From Candidatus Aminicenantales bacterium (GTDB taxonomy: Bacteria; Acidobacteriota; Aminicenantia; Aminicenantales; UBA4085), in assembly GCA_049515535.1 (NCBI GenBank), contig JBEKTZ010000003.1:62001-126000 (forward strand): a stretch of 64,000 bases of DNA, read 5' to 3'. The notes under the pieces are model-generated. The model was not told the origin of the DNA. It did not search any database and was given only the letters and a program-made list of their open reading frames with translations. Position numbers and translations under genes: made by a program. How positions within the stretch are numbered: position 1 is the stretch's first letter; the number at the start of each line of letters is the position of its first letter. Positions 40,718 through 50,783 of the stretch are shown here, in pieces.

Positions 40718-41215
40718 ATGGACAAAATCAATCGCGAAGACGCGGGCTGGCTGGTCGCCCTGGCCTGGCTGAGCGGCCTCGAAGAGACGGCGCGGGATTT
40801 CCACGGCACCCGGCCGTACGTCTTCAGCGCCAGGGCTTACGAGCACTCCGTCCAGTATTATCTCCATCTCCTCGGGGACGAATACGGCATGCAAATTAAG
40901 AAGGCCGGCTCGATCCGGGAGGCCGTGGAGAACTACATCCAGATCGGCGTCGCCGGGGGGCTCTTCCGGGACGCCAACTTCTTTGAGCTGACGGAAGTCA
41001 ACCCCTTCCATCTGGAGATCACCGTCCACGACTGCGTCTATCTCAGGAGCTGCCAGGCGCTCATCGAGGAGGGCTTTTCGGTCCGCGACCTGACCTGCGC
41101 CCGGATCGGCTGTTTCCGGGCGGCGGTCAAGGCCCTGGCGAATATCGACTGCGAATACCAGGTCACGTCCTTCAATGTCGACGGTGACTGTAAGGGTTAC
41201 ATCGAGAGGGCTTGA
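40718..41215 (+). CDS. Hypothetical protein, V4R/small-ligand-binding-like
   Basis: ATG 40718; VHDCVY..SC, LTCARIGCF and terminal DCKG Cys pattern reminiscent of V4R folds. Confidence 0.6.
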   Translation: MDKINREDAGWLVALAWLSGLEETARDFHGTRPYVFSARAYEHSVQYYLHLLGDEYGMQIKKAGSIREAVENYIQIGVAGGLFRDANFFELTEVNPFHLEITVHDCVYLRSCQALIEEGFSVRDLTCARIGCFRAAVKALANIDCEYQVTSFNVDGDCKGYIERA

Positions 41216-41216
41216 A

Positions 41217-43052
41217 TTGGCCAAAACCGTGTCTCCGTCCATGAACGAGCTGCTCCAGGTCGTCCGGGAGAGCGAGGACGCGGCGGCCGTCCGGGCGGCC
41301 ATCATGCAAGTCGGCTATGAGACCCACGATGAAGTCTACCCTCTCCTGGTCGAAAAGCTCGACGACCCGAACCCTAGCATCCAGCACGCCGCGGTCGTCG
41401 CCCTGGGCCGTCACGCCCGGGCCGAGGCCATCGACGAGCTATCGAAGCCGAAAATCTTCCATTCCTCGTATCACCAGATCCGCTGGGCGGCCGTAACCGC
41501 CGTCGGCCGGCTGGGGGATTACCGGGTCATCGACCTTCTCCTCAAGGCTGCTGAGGACCCGGAGTGGATCGTCCGGACCGAGGCCATCACCGAGCTCATG
41601 GGCAAGGTCAAGGACATCATCGCCCGCAAGGACGTCCGGCTGGCCCGCATCCTGATCTACATGTTTTCCCTGGACAACGAGGAGATCGTCAACCTGGCCA
41701 CGGAGGGTTTCCAGGAGCTGGGTTCGCCCTGCCTCGAGTGGCTCCACGAAGCGCTCCGGAATCCCTTGCCGAACATCCGCTCCAACGCTGCCAGGACGGT
41801 CGGGAAGATGAAATCGCGGGGCTCTACACCTTACCTCATCGACCTCCTCCAGGACGAGGATGCCACCGTCCGGACGAGCGCCTGCGAGGCCTTGGGCCGG
41901 ATTGGGGACAGGGTCAGCATCGAAACCTTGGTCTCGATGGTCCAGGACAACGTCGAAAAGGTCCAGGAACAGGCGGCGGCGGCCCTCATCGGTTTCGGAA
42001 AGGCGGCCACGGTGCCGTTGCTCAACGTGCTGTCTCGGGAGCGGGACAAGTACGCCCAGCGGGCCTTCCTGAAGTGCCTGGGCCGGATCGGCGACCCCAA
42101 GTCCGTGCCCGCCCTCATCAGCCACCTCCGCAGCAGCTACTTCATCATCCGGCAGGCGGCGGTTTCCGCCCTCGTCCGTTTCGGGCCGATCGTGACCCGG
42201 CACCTTCTGGCCACCCTCTCCTTCAACACCTCGGACATCGACTCCCTGAAGAAAGACGCCTGCGACCGTGAACACCCCGAGCTCCAGCTGCGGGCGATCA
42301 AGGCGATCGGCGGGCTGGAGGACCATCGGGCCGTGGCCCTCCTCAAGGAACTCGTCGAGGAGGGACTGCCCGACATCCAGGAGGCGGCCTCTCAGGCCTT
42401 GTCCCAGATCGGATGTTCCGCCTGGGGCCGCTGCTGTGCCCTGAAGGTCCTCGGGGAAGTCGGGGACAAGTCCATCGTACCCGAAATCCTGCCTTCGCTC
42501 CAGGACGACTCCGGCAACGTCCGCTACGAGGTGGTTCGCGCCCTGGGTAAGCTCGGCGGCGCCGAGGCCGTCCAGCATCTCGTCCGCATGGCCCGCAAGG
42601 ACCCCTGCGATTTCATCCGCCGGGAAGCGGTGTGTCTCCTGAGAACGGCCGGGCAGGGGCATGTCGGCGTCCTGGACATGGCCCGCCAGCGCCTCAAGGG
42701 CCCCTCGCGCGACGTCCGGGTCCAGTGCGCCCGGCTCCTGGGAGGGTTCCAGGACAAAAAGTCCATCCTGCCTCTTCTCAAGGCCATGGCCGATCCCCAT
42801 TGGAGCGTCCGTGAAAGCGCCGAAATAGCCCTCCTCAATTTCGGCCGCGATGCCGTGGTGCCGCTCATCGAGGCCCTCAAGAGCCGGTCCTGGACGACCC
42901 GCTTCAGGGCCGCTAGACTTCTGGGAGAGATCGAGGATCCGAAAGCCATTTCCCCGCTGAAATTTGCCCTCGACCGCCCAGGGGAAAGGAAGGACGTTCG
43001 GAAAGTCGCCCAAGCTTCCCTTGAGAAGTTGGAAACCCTTGTTAGGTCATAA
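41217..43052 (+). CDS. HEAT/PBS-lyase-like repeat protein
   Basis: Many L.D....VR..A..ALG.IG repeats; start TTG 41217 or ATG 41241. Confidence 0.88.
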   Translation: MAKTVSPSMNELLQVVRESEDAAAVRAAIMQVGYETHDEVYPLLVEKLDDPNPSIQHAAVVALGRHARAEAIDELSKPKIFHSSYHQIRWAAVTAVGRLGDYRVIDLLLKAAEDPEWIVRTEAITELMGKVKDIIARKDVRLARILIYMFSLDNEEIVNLATEGFQELGSPCLEWLHEALRNPLPNIRSNAARTVGKMKSRGSTPYLIDLLQDEDATVRTSACEALGRIGDRVSIETLVSMVQDNVEKVQEQAAAALIGFGKAATVPLLNVLSRERDKYAQRAFLKCLGRIGDPKSVPALISHLRSSYFIIRQAAVSALVRFGPIVTRHLLATLSFNTSDIDSLKKDACDREHPELQLRAIKAIGGLEDHRAVALLKELVEEGLPDIQEAASQALSQIGCSAWGRCCALKVLGEVGDKSIVPEILPSLQDDSGNVRYEVVRALGKLGGAEAVQHLVRMARKDPCDFIRREAVCLLRTAGQGHVGVLDMARQRLKGPSRDVRVQCARLLGGFQDKKSILPLLKAMADPHWSVRESAEIALLNFGRDAVVPLIEALKSRSWTTRFRAARLLGEIEDPKAISPLKFALDRPGERKDVRKVAQASLEKLETLVRS

Positions 43053-43106
43053 ATAGTCATCATCCATGAATAAGAAACGTTCTCCAGCTCCACGCGAGGA
43101 GGAATC

Positions 43107-43514
43107 ATGAGAGTCAAGTTGAAGGCGGGTTCCGAACCGCGCAAGTTCATCGAGAGGATCGAAGAGCTGTCCGGCGAGAACGTCTTCGCCTGCTATCAGT
43201 GCGGGCGCTGCTCCGCCGGATGTCCCGTCGCCTCAGAGATGGACCTCCTGCCCAACCAGATCATCCGCCTGGTGCAGATGGGCCTCCGGGAGGAGGTCCT
43301 CCAGTCCAAAACCCTTTTCCTCTGTGCCTCCTGTTTCACCTGCGAGTCCCGATGCCCGAAAGGCATCGACATGGCCCGGGTGATGGAGGCCGTCCGTCAC
43401 ATCTTGGATCCCAAGGGAAAAGACGCTTTCGGTCCGGGCGAGATCTCGCCGGAACTGGCCCAGGAACTTCCTCAACAAGTCCTGGTGTCCATTTTCCGCA
43501 AGTTTTCGAAATAA
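43107..43514 (+). CDS. hdrC: Heterodisulfide reductase subunit C
   Basis: CYQCGRCSAGCP and CASCFTCESRCP. Confidence 0.92.
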   Translation: MRVKLKAGSEPRKFIERIEELSGENVFACYQCGRCSAGCPVASEMDLLPNQIIRLVQMGLREEVLQSKTLFLCASCFTCESRCPKGIDMARVMEAVRHILDPKGKDAFGPGEISPELAQELPQQVLVSIFRKFSK

Positions 43515-43523
43515 GGATTGCTC

Positions 43524-44456
43524 ATGAGAGTCCACTACTATCCAGGATGCACGCTCAAGCAGAAGACTACCGCACTGGACATCTCCACCCGTGAGGCGAT
43601 GAAGCGGTTGGACATCGATCTCATCGAACCCGAGGGCTGGACCTGCTGCGGCGCGGAATACCCGCTCACCGAGGAAAAGATCGTCGGGCTGGCGGCGCCC
43701 ATCCGGGTCCTGCGCCAGGTCCGGGAGGAGGGCGGGGACGTCCTCGTGACGACCTGTTCCTTTTGTTTCGCTGTCCTGAAACGGGCCGACAAGGCCATCA
43801 AGGACGACCCGCTTAAGCGCAAGCGGATCAACGCCTATCTCCGGGACGATATCCAGATCGATCCCCTGACCAAGGAGAGAACGACGGACTTCGAGGACTA
43901 CAACGGCGAGGTCAAGGTCCTCCACCTCCTGGAGTACCTGCGCGACAGGGTCGGCTATCCCAAGATCCGGGAACGGATCAAGAGGGATCTGAAGGGCCTG
44001 GCCGTCGCCCCCTATTATGGGTGCCGGGTGCTCCGGCCTCAGAAGGAGATGGCCGTCGACGAACCCGACTCCCCCCGGCTTTTCGAGGAATTCCTCGAGG
44101 CCGTGGGGTGCGCGGCCGTCGATTACCCGTTCAAGCAGGAATGCTGCGGGTCCTATCTTTCCGTCTCCCTGCCGGCTGCGGCCACCGAGGCCTCCTACCG
44201 CATCCTCCGCTCGGCGGGGATGAACGGAGCCAAGGCCGTGGCCGTGACCTGCCCGCTGTGCTTCTACAACATGGACCACCGCCAGGAGGCGATCAAGGAG
44301 ACGTTCCTGGATTTTTCCGGACTCCCGGTCGTGTTCTTCACTCAGATCCTGGCCTGGGCGCTGGGGGTGGATAAATCTGTCCTCGGACTCGGCGAGCACC
44401 TCGTCCCCGCGGACGGGCTGTTCAGCGAGACTCCGGCGACCGAGGTGAGGACATGA
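43524..44456 (+). CDS. hdrB: Heterodisulfide reductase subunit B
   Basis: Two complete CCG domains: YYPGC..TCCG..CSFC and YYGC..ECCG..CPLC. Confidence 0.92.
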   Translation: MRVHYYPGCTLKQKTTALDISTREAMKRLDIDLIEPEGWTCCGAEYPLTEEKIVGLAAPIRVLRQVREEGGDVLVTTCSFCFAVLKRADKAIKDDPLKRKRINAYLRDDIQIDPLTKERTTDFEDYNGEVKVLHLLEYLRDRVGYPKIRERIKRDLKGLAVAPYYGCRVLRPQKEMAVDEPDSPRLFEEFLEAVGCAAVDYPFKQECCGSYLSVSLPAAATEASYRILRSAGMNGAKAVAVTCPLCFYNMDHRQEAIKETFLDFSGLPVVFFTQILAWALGVDKSVLGLGEHLVPADGLFSETPATEVRT

Positions 44457-46429
44457 CCGCCAAGGCCAAGAACAAAGAGAAGCGGATCGGCCTCTTCGTC
44501 TGCCACTGCGGCGTCAATATCGCCGGTGTCGTGGATGTCGAGAAAGTCGCCCAGGTCTTGAAGGACTATCCCGGCGTGACGTTCTCCACGGACTACGTCT
44601 ATATGTGCTCCGACCCCGGCCAGCAGATGATCATCGATACGATCAAGGAGAAGCATCTCGACGGGATCATCGTCGCCGCCTGTTCGCCGACGCTCCACGA
44701 GAAGACCTTCCAGGAGGCGGCCCGGCTGGCCGGCCTCAACCCCTACCAGATCGAGATCGCCAACATCCGGGAACAGGACAGCTGGGTCCATACGGACAAG
44801 GAGAAGGCCACCAAGAAGGCCGTCAAGATCGTCAAAGCGCACGTCGCCAAGGCCCGGCAGAACGAGAACCTGGACCCGATCAAGGTTGACGTCACTAGGC
44901 GGGCCCTTGTCATCGGCGGCGGGGTCAGCGGCCTGCAGGCCGCCATGGACATCGCCGACCACGGCTACGAAGTCATCCTCGTCGAGAAGAACCCCTCGAT
45001 CGGGGGCAAGATGATCCAGCTTTCGGAGACGTTTCCGACGCTGGATTGCTCCCAGTGCATCCTGACGCCGAAGATGGTCGAGGTCTCGCGCCACCCCCGG
45101 ATCAAGCTTCTGACCTACCACGAAGTCGACTCCATCTCGGGGTTCATCGGTAATTTCAAGGTCCGGATCAAGAAGAAGCCCCGCTACGTCGACGAGACCC
45201 TCTGCAACCTCTGCAACGAGTGCGAAAAGGTCTGCCCCCAGGTCGTCCCCGACGAGTTCAACATGGGCCTGTCCTTCCGCAAGGCCATCTACATGCCCTT
45301 CCCCCAGGCCATCCCGGGGACCTTCACGCTCGACGCCGAACACTGCCTCGGCCTGAACCCCGTGCGCTGCGGCAAGTGCAAAGACGTCTGCGAGAAGAAG
45401 GCCATCGATTACGACATGAAGGAGACGATCGTCGAGGAGGAGGTCGGGGCCGTCGTCGTGGCCACCGGCTACGACCTGTATACCATGCAGGCCCTCGGCG
45501 AGTACGGGGGGGAGAAGTACGAGGACGTCGTCAACGGCCTTGAGTTCGAACGCATCCTGTCCGCCTCGGGCCCGACCGGGGGGACGATCCGGAGGCCGTC
45601 GGACGGCAAGATCCCCAAGTCGGTCGTCTTCGTCCAGTGCAGCGGTTCCCGCGACACGGAAAAGCACAACCCCTACTGTTCGAAGATCTGTTGCATGTAC
45701 ACGGCCAAGCACGCCATGATGTACCGCCATCGCGTCCCGGACGGCCAGGCCACGGTCTTCTACATCGACGTCCGGACGGGGGGAAAGTCGTTCGACGAAT
45801 TTTACATGCGGACGGTCGAGGAGGACAAGGTCCTCTACATTCGAGGCAAGGTCTCCAAGATCTTCAAGGAAGGCGACAAGCTCATTGTCTGGGGCGTGGA
45901 CACCCTGACCGGGAAAAAGGTCGAGGTCGAGGCCGACATGGTCGTCCTGGCCATGGCTATGGTCAAGGCCGACGGGGTCCAGGACCTGCTGAAGAAACTC
46001 AAGATCGCCACCGACATCCACGGCTTCCTGGCCGAGGCGCATCCCAAGCTGCGGCCGGTCGAGAGCCTCAACGCCGGCTTCTACCTGGCCGGCTGCGCCC
46101 TCGGCCCCAAGGACATCCCCGAAACGGTCGCCCAGGCCTCGGCCGCGGCGGCCAAGGTCGGGGACCTTTTCGCCCAGAAGGAACTTCTCCACGAGCCGAC
46201 GGTCGTGCCGGTCAACGACGAGCTCTGCTCCGGCTGCGGCATCTGCATCACCATGTGCCCGTATTCCGCCCGGAGCCTGGACCCGGCCCGGGGGGTCGTC
46301 GTGGTGAACGAGATCCTCTGCGAGGGCTGCGGGGCCTGTGCCGCCGCCTGCCCGAGCGGCGCCGCCCAGCAGCGCAACCAAACCGACAACCAGATTTTCT
46401 CCATGCTTAGGGCCATGCTGAGGGAGTGA
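44453..46429 (+). CDS. hdrA: Heterodisulfide reductase subunit A (bifurcating flavoprotein)
   Basis: FVCHCG.NI, YMCSDPGQ, ACSP..HE, NIREQ, GGGVSG, TLDCSQC, CSKICCMY, GPKDIP. Confidence 0.96.
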   Translation: MTAKAKNKEKRIGLFVCHCGVNIAGVVDVEKVAQVLKDYPGVTFSTDYVYMCSDPGQQMIIDTIKEKHLDGIIVAACSPTLHEKTFQEAARLAGLNPYQIEIANIREQDSWVHTDKEKATKKAVKIVKAHVAKARQNENLDPIKVDVTRRALVIGGGVSGLQAAMDIADHGYEVILVEKNPSIGGKMIQLSETFPTLDCSQCILTPKMVEVSRHPRIKLLTYHEVDSISGFIGNFKVRIKKKPRYVDETLCNLCNECEKVCPQVVPDEFNMGLSFRKAIYMPFPQAIPGTFTLDAEHCLGLNPVRCGKCKDVCEKKAIDYDMKETIVEEEVGAVVVATGYDLYTMQALGEYGGEKYEDVVNGLEFERILSASGPTGGTIRRPSDGKIPKSVVFVQCSGSRDTEKHNPYCSKICCMYTAKHAMMYRHRVPDGQATVFYIDVRTGGKSFDEFYMRTVEEDKVLYIRGKVSKIFKEGDKLIVWGVDTLTGKKVEVEADMVVLAMAMVKADGVQDLLKKLKIATDIHGFLAEAHPKLRPVESLNAGFYLAGCALGPKDIPETVAQASAAAAKVGDLFAQKELLHEPTVVPVNDELCSGCGICITMCPYSARSLDPARGVVVVNEILCEGCGACAAACPSGAAQQRNQTDNQIFSMLRAMLRE

Positions 46430-46431
46430 CC

Positions 46432-46869
46432 ATGTTCGAACCGCAAATCATGTGCTTTCTCTGCAAGTGGTGCACGAGTGCGGCGGCCGACGCGGCCGGC
46501 ACGTCGCGTCTCCACCATGCCCCCAATAACATCAACATGAGGGTCATGTGCTCGAGCCGCGTCGACCCCCAGCACATCCTCTACGCGTTCAAGGAGGGGG
46601 CCGACGGCGTGTTCATCGGCGGCTGCCATCCCGGCGACTGCCACTATGTCGAGGGGAACTACAAAACCCTCCGCCGGGTCACCCTCTTCAAAGTCATGCT
46701 CCAGGACCTGGGGATCGACCCGAAGCGGCTTCGCCTGGAGTGGATCTCGGCGGCGGAAGGGAAAAAATACGCCGCAACGATGGACGAGTTCACGGAACAA
46801 ATCCGTGCCCTAGGACCGCTCCATCTGAACGAAAAAGCTCTAGTCCAAGAGGTGGTCAAAGATGAGTAA
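46432..46869 (+). CDS. mvhD: Hydrogenase/Hdr [2Fe-2S] delta subunit
   Basis: CKWC..AAD.AG, RVMCSSRV, GCHPGDCHY, WISAAEG. Confidence 0.92.
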   Translation: MFEPQIMCFLCKWCTSAAADAAGTSRLHHAPNNINMRVMCSSRVDPQHILYAFKEGADGVFIGGCHPGDCHYVEGNYKTLRRVTLFKVMLQDLGIDPKRLRLEWISAAEGKKYAATMDEFTEQIRALGPLHLNEKALVQEVVKDE

Positions 46870-47641
46870 GACAGCGTCCAAACCCAAAAAGGCCGCGGCC
46901 AAGGACAAGGCCGCCGAGGGGCGTCTCGTCCCCATCTTCATCATGGGGAAACGCTACGAAGTGCCCGACTCGCTGACGATCCAGAAAGCCCTCGAGTACG
47001 CCGGCTACCTGCTCGTCCGGGGCTGTGGCTGCCGGGGAGGAATCTGCGGCGCCTGCGGCACGGTCTACCGCTTCCCCAATTCCTACCGGATCGAGGTCGG
47101 GCTGGCCTGCCAGACGGTCGTCCAACCGGACATGTACATCGCCCAGATCCCCTTCTTCCCGGGCAACAAGGCCGTCTACGACATCGAGAGCCTGCCGGCC
47201 GTGGGGGGCACGATCGCCGCCCTCTACCCCGAAGTCTTCAAGTGCGTCGGCTGCGGCACATGCACCCGCAGTTGTCCCATGGACATCGACGTCCTGGGCT
47301 ATATCTCGAAGGCCATCCAAGGCGACATCGCGGCCGTGGCCGAAGGCTCCTTCGACTGCGTCATGTGCGGCCTGTGCGCCGCCCGCTGCCCGGCCGAAGA
47401 GGTCCAGTTCAACATCGCTATCCTGGCCCGCCGCCTCTATGCCCGGCACATCGTCCCCAAAGCCAAGCATCTGGAAAAAGCGATCAAGGCCGTGGAAGAC
47501 AAGACGTTCGACAAGGCCCTCCAGGAACTCAAGAAAAAGAGCCTGGACGAGCTCAAGAAGCTTTACAAGGGCCTCGAAATCGAGCCGGACATGGCCGACG
47601 AGTCCTGGACGCCTCAGAACAAATCCTATCTGGGAGAATGA
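46862..47641 (+). CDS. Fumarate reductase/succinate dehydrogenase-type iron-sulfur subunit
   Basis: N-terminal GCGCRGGICGAC..LACQ ([2Fe-2S]) plus CVGCGTCTRSCP and CVMCGLCAARCP. Confidence 0.8.
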   Translation: MSKTASKPKKAAAKDKAAEGRLVPIFIMGKRYEVPDSLTIQKALEYAGYLLVRGCGCRGGICGACGTVYRFPNSYRIEVGLACQTVVQPDMYIAQIPFFPGNKAVYDIESLPAVGGTIAALYPEVFKCVGCGTCTRSCPMDIDVLGYISKAIQGDIAAVAEGSFDCVMCGLCAARCPAEEVQFNIAILARRLYARHIVPKAKHLEKAIKAVEDKTFDKALQELKKKSLDELKKLYKGLEIEPDMADESWTPQNKSYLGE

Positions 47642-47644
47642 CCC

Positions 47645-49318
47645 ATGCCATACACGCCTGAACTGAAAGAGCTGATCAAAAAGGTTGAAAAAACGAGGCC
47701 GTCCCGCGTCGAGAAGAAGCGGGCGGGCGAAGAATTCACTCCGATGTCCCTCCAGGAACGCGAGGCGATCCTCAAATACCATCCCGACTTCAAGGAAGAG
47801 GGCCGGACGGAGATCCTCGTCGGCCCCAGCAAGGGCTACCGGATCGCCAAGGAGATGGTCAACCTCTTCCATGCCAAGAGCCGCCTCGACCCCGACAGTA
47901 TCGACCTCAGCCGCGTCGACTTCGAGACCGACGTCCTCATCATCGGCGCCGGCGGGGCGGGCTCGGCGGCGGCTCTCCTTGCCCGGGAGAATGGAGCCCG
48001 CGTCCTCATGGCCACGAAGCTGCGCATCGGCGACGCCAACACCATGATGGCCGAGGGGGGCATCCAGGCCGCGACCAAGACCGAGAAGGACTCCCCTTAT
48101 TACCATTACCTCGACGCCATGGGCGGCGGGCACTTCAAGAACGACCCCGAGCTCGTCGAAACGCTCGTCGTCGAGGCGCCCAAAGTCATGGCCTGGCTGG
48201 AAAAGCTGGGGGCGTTGTTCTCCAAGTACGAGGACGGACGCCTCAAGGCCATGCACGGCGGCGGCACCTCCAGGAAGCGCATGCACTACGCCGGCGACAT
48301 CACCGGCGCCGAGATGATGCGGACCCTCCGCGACGAGGTCAAGAACCACCCCGACGACATCAAGATCCTGGAATTCTCCCCGGCCGTCGAGCTCATCCTG
48401 AACGAGCACGGCGCCTGCGCCGGGGCGGTCCTCTACAACCTCGAGACGGAGGAATACTTCGTCGTCAAGGCCAAGGCCACGGTCCTGGCGACGGGCGGGT
48501 CGGGCCGGCTCCACATCCAGGACTTCATGACCACGAACCACTACGGCGCGACCGGCGACGGCCTCATCCTGGGCTACCGGGCCGGCGTACCGCTCCGCTT
48601 CCTCCACACCGTCCAGTACCATCCGACGGGAGCCGTCTTCCCCGAACAGGCCGAGGGCCTCCTGATCACGGAGAAGGTCCGGGGGGCCGGGGCTAACGTC
48701 CTCAACATCGACGGCGAACAGTTCGTCTACGAGCGCGAGCCCCGCGACGTCGAGGCCGCGGCCTTCATCCGCGAGTGCCTGGAGCGAGGCAAGGGCGTGC
48801 CGACGCCGACCGGGAAATTCGGCGTCTGGCTGGATTCGCCCATGATCGATGTCCTCAAGGGCGAGGGCACGGTCCGCAAGGAATTCCCCGGCAAGTGGAT
48901 CCTGTTCCACCGCTACGGGATCGACATTACCAAGGAACCGATGCTCGTCTACCCGACCCTCCACTACCAGAACGGCGGGCTCCAGATCAACAGTCGGACC
49001 GAGACCGTCGTCCCCGGCCTTTTCGGCGCCGGGGAAGTCAGCGGCGGCGTCCACGGCGAGAACCGCCTGATGGGCAACTCCCTGCTCGACGTCGTAGTCT
49101 TCGGCCGGATCGCCGGGTGCAGCGCGGCTGAATACGCCAAGAAGGCCCACAAGGACGGCGCCCTGACCCTCGACCACGTCCGGGCCTATCACAAGGCCCT
49201 CGAACAAGGCCGCGTGGCCGTGGACGGCCGGGTCGCCCCGATGCTCCTGCCGGACTATTCCAACCCCGAAGTCCGGAAGAAGCAGTTGACGACGAAATAT
49301 CACGGAACGTTGCGTTAA
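47645..49318 (+). CDS. Fumarate reductase/succinate dehydrogenase-family flavoprotein (soluble, non-covalent FAD type)
   Basis: IGAGGAG, AEGG, QYHPT, TEKVRG, PRD, HYQNGG, HGENRLMGNSL. Confidence 0.85.
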   Translation: MPYTPELKELIKKVEKTRPSRVEKKRAGEEFTPMSLQEREAILKYHPDFKEEGRTEILVGPSKGYRIAKEMVNLFHAKSRLDPDSIDLSRVDFETDVLIIGAGGAGSAAALLARENGARVLMATKLRIGDANTMMAEGGIQAATKTEKDSPYYHYLDAMGGGHFKNDPELVETLVVEAPKVMAWLEKLGALFSKYEDGRLKAMHGGGTSRKRMHYAGDITGAEMMRTLRDEVKNHPDDIKILEFSPAVELILNEHGACAGAVLYNLETEEYFVVKAKATVLATGGSGRLHIQDFMTTNHYGATGDGLILGYRAGVPLRFLHTVQYHPTGAVFPEQAEGLLITEKVRGAGANVLNIDGEQFVYEREPRDVEAAAFIRECLERGKGVPTPTGKFGVWLDSPMIDVLKGEGTVRKEFPGKWILFHRYGIDITKEPMLVYPTLHYQNGGLQINSRTETVVPGLFGAGEVSGGVHGENRLMGNSLLDVVVFGRIAGCSAAEYAKKAHKDGALTLDHVRAYHKALEQGRVAVDGRVAPMLLPDYSNPEVRKKQLTTKYHGTLR

Positions 49319-49338
49319 TCCATGAACGAGGTTCAGCC

Positions 49339-49617
49339 ATGCCCGTAAGGCAAAGAGAAAAACCGTTCGGGCTCCCCAAGCCGGAGACGCCGCACGGCGA
49401 GATCGTCATCCTCGAGGAGCGCTGCAAGGGGTGCGGCTTCTGCATCGAGTACTGTCCCCACGCCGTGCTGGTCTTCGCCAAGAAGTACAACGCCAAGGGC
49501 TACCACCCGCCGGAGATCGCCAAGGCCGAACTGTGCGTCAACTGCGGTTTCTGCCGCATGATCTGTCCGGAGTTCGCTATCTACACGTATGAGCCGGCGA
49601 CGGGGGAAAAATCATGA
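49339..49617 (+). CDS. korD: 2-oxoacid:ferredoxin oxidoreductase delta subunit
   Basis: CKGCGFCIEYCP, NAKGYHP, CVNCGFCRMICPEFAI. Confidence 0.85.
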   Translation: MPVRQREKPFGLPKPETPHGEIVILEERCKGCGFCIEYCPHAVLVFAKKYNAKGYHPPEIAKAELCVNCGFCRMICPEFAIYTYEPATGEKS

Positions 49618-50783
49618 AAGCCGATCCCAGAGGAGTCCTCACAGGGTCCCATTACATCGACGGCGACTTCGCCTGCTGCGAGGGAGCGCTGGCGGCCGGG
49701 TGCCGCTTCATCGCCGGTTACCCGATCACGCCCTCGACCGAGATCGTGGAGAGGTTCGCCCGGCGCGCCCCGCTGGTGGACGGGGCGCTGTTCATCCAGA
49801 TGGAGGACGAACTGGCCGCCTCGATCACCATCCAAGGCGCCGTCTGGGCCGGCAAGAAGGCCATGACCGTGACCAGCGGCCCCGGCTTCTCCCTGATGAT
49901 GGAGCACATCGGGCTGGCGGCCATGACCGAGACGCCGTGCGTCTTCGTCGACGTCCAGCGCGGCGGGCCGTCGACGGGCCTGCCGACCCTGCCCGGCCAG
50001 GCCGACATGATGCAAGCCCGCTGGGGGTCGCACGGCGACTACGAAATTATCGCCCTCTCGCCGAACTCCCCGCAGGAAAGCTTCGACCTGACCATCGACG
50101 CCTTCAACCTCTCGGAGCAGTACCGCGTGCCGGTCATGTTCATGATGGACGAATGCGTCGGTCACATGGTGGAGCGGGTCGTCATTCCCCCCGCGGAGAA
50201 AATCGAGATCACGCCCCGGCGTTTCACCAAGCTCCCGCCGGGCCAATACCTTCCCTTCAAGCCGGCCGATGACCTAGTTCCGGACATGTTCAAAGCCGGA
50301 GACGGCTACCGCCTGCATGTGACCGGGCTGACCCACGATTTCCGGGGGTATCCGGCGATGAGCCCCGAGGTCCAGGAACAGCTCGTCCACCGGCTGGTCA
50401 ACAAGATCCGCCTTAACGCCCCGAAGATCTGGCGCTACGAAGAGACCGGCGTCGAGGACGCCGACGTCGTCATCGTCACTTACGGCATCACCTCCCGCGT
50501 CGCCGTCGAGGCGATCGAGATCGCCCGGAAAAAAGGGATCAAGGTCGGGATGCTGAGGCTTATCGTCGTCTGGCCCTTCCCCGAGCAGCGGATTTTCGAG
50601 CTCGCCGGACGGGGCAAGGCCATGGTCGTGGCCGAGATGAACTACGGCCAGGTCTTCTACGAAGTGGACCGCTCGGCCCGGGGCAAGGCGCCGGTCGTCC
50701 TAGCCGGGCACGGCGGAGGAACGGTCCACAACATCGAAGACATCGCCAATAAGATCGAGGAGGCGCACCGGTGTCGATCCTGA
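49614..50783 (+). CDS. korA: 2-oxoacid (probably 2-oxoglutarate):ferredoxin oxidoreductase alpha subunit
   Basis: GYPITPSTE, QMEDE, TSGPGFSLM, QRGGPSTGLPT, SHGDY. Confidence 0.88.
   Translation: MKADPRGVLTGSHYIDGDFACCEGALAAGCRFIAGYPITPSTEIVERFARRAPLVDGALFIQMEDELAASITIQGAVWAGKKAMTVTSGPGFSLMMEHIGLAAMTETPCVFVDVQRGGPSTGLPTLPGQADMMQARWGSHGDYEIIALSPNSPQESFDLTIDAFNLSEQYRVPVMFMMDECVGHMVERVVIPPAEKIEITPRRFTKLPPGQYLPFKPADDLVPDMFKAGDGYRLHVTGLTHDFRGYPAMSPEVQEQLVHRLVNKIRLNAPKIWRYEETGVEDADVVIVTYGITSRVAVEAIEIARKKGIKVGMLRLIVVWPFPEQRIFELAGRGKAMVVAEMNYGQVFYEVDRSARGKAPVVLAGHGGGTVHNIEDIANKIEEAHRCRS

Noticed and set aside
36881..46869. Methanogenesis or selenocysteine-containing Mvh/Hdr subunits
   Set aside because: Context is bacterial with no mcr/mtr genes; all ORFs are uninterrupted with Cys at the relevant motifs
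46856..49303. 815-aa minus-strand ORF, and similar long ORFs at 25137-27209, 31112-33076, 33688-35358, 41439-43013 and 44342-46381
   Set aside because: Antisense shadows of well-supported genes, expected at high GC3; no recognisable motifs
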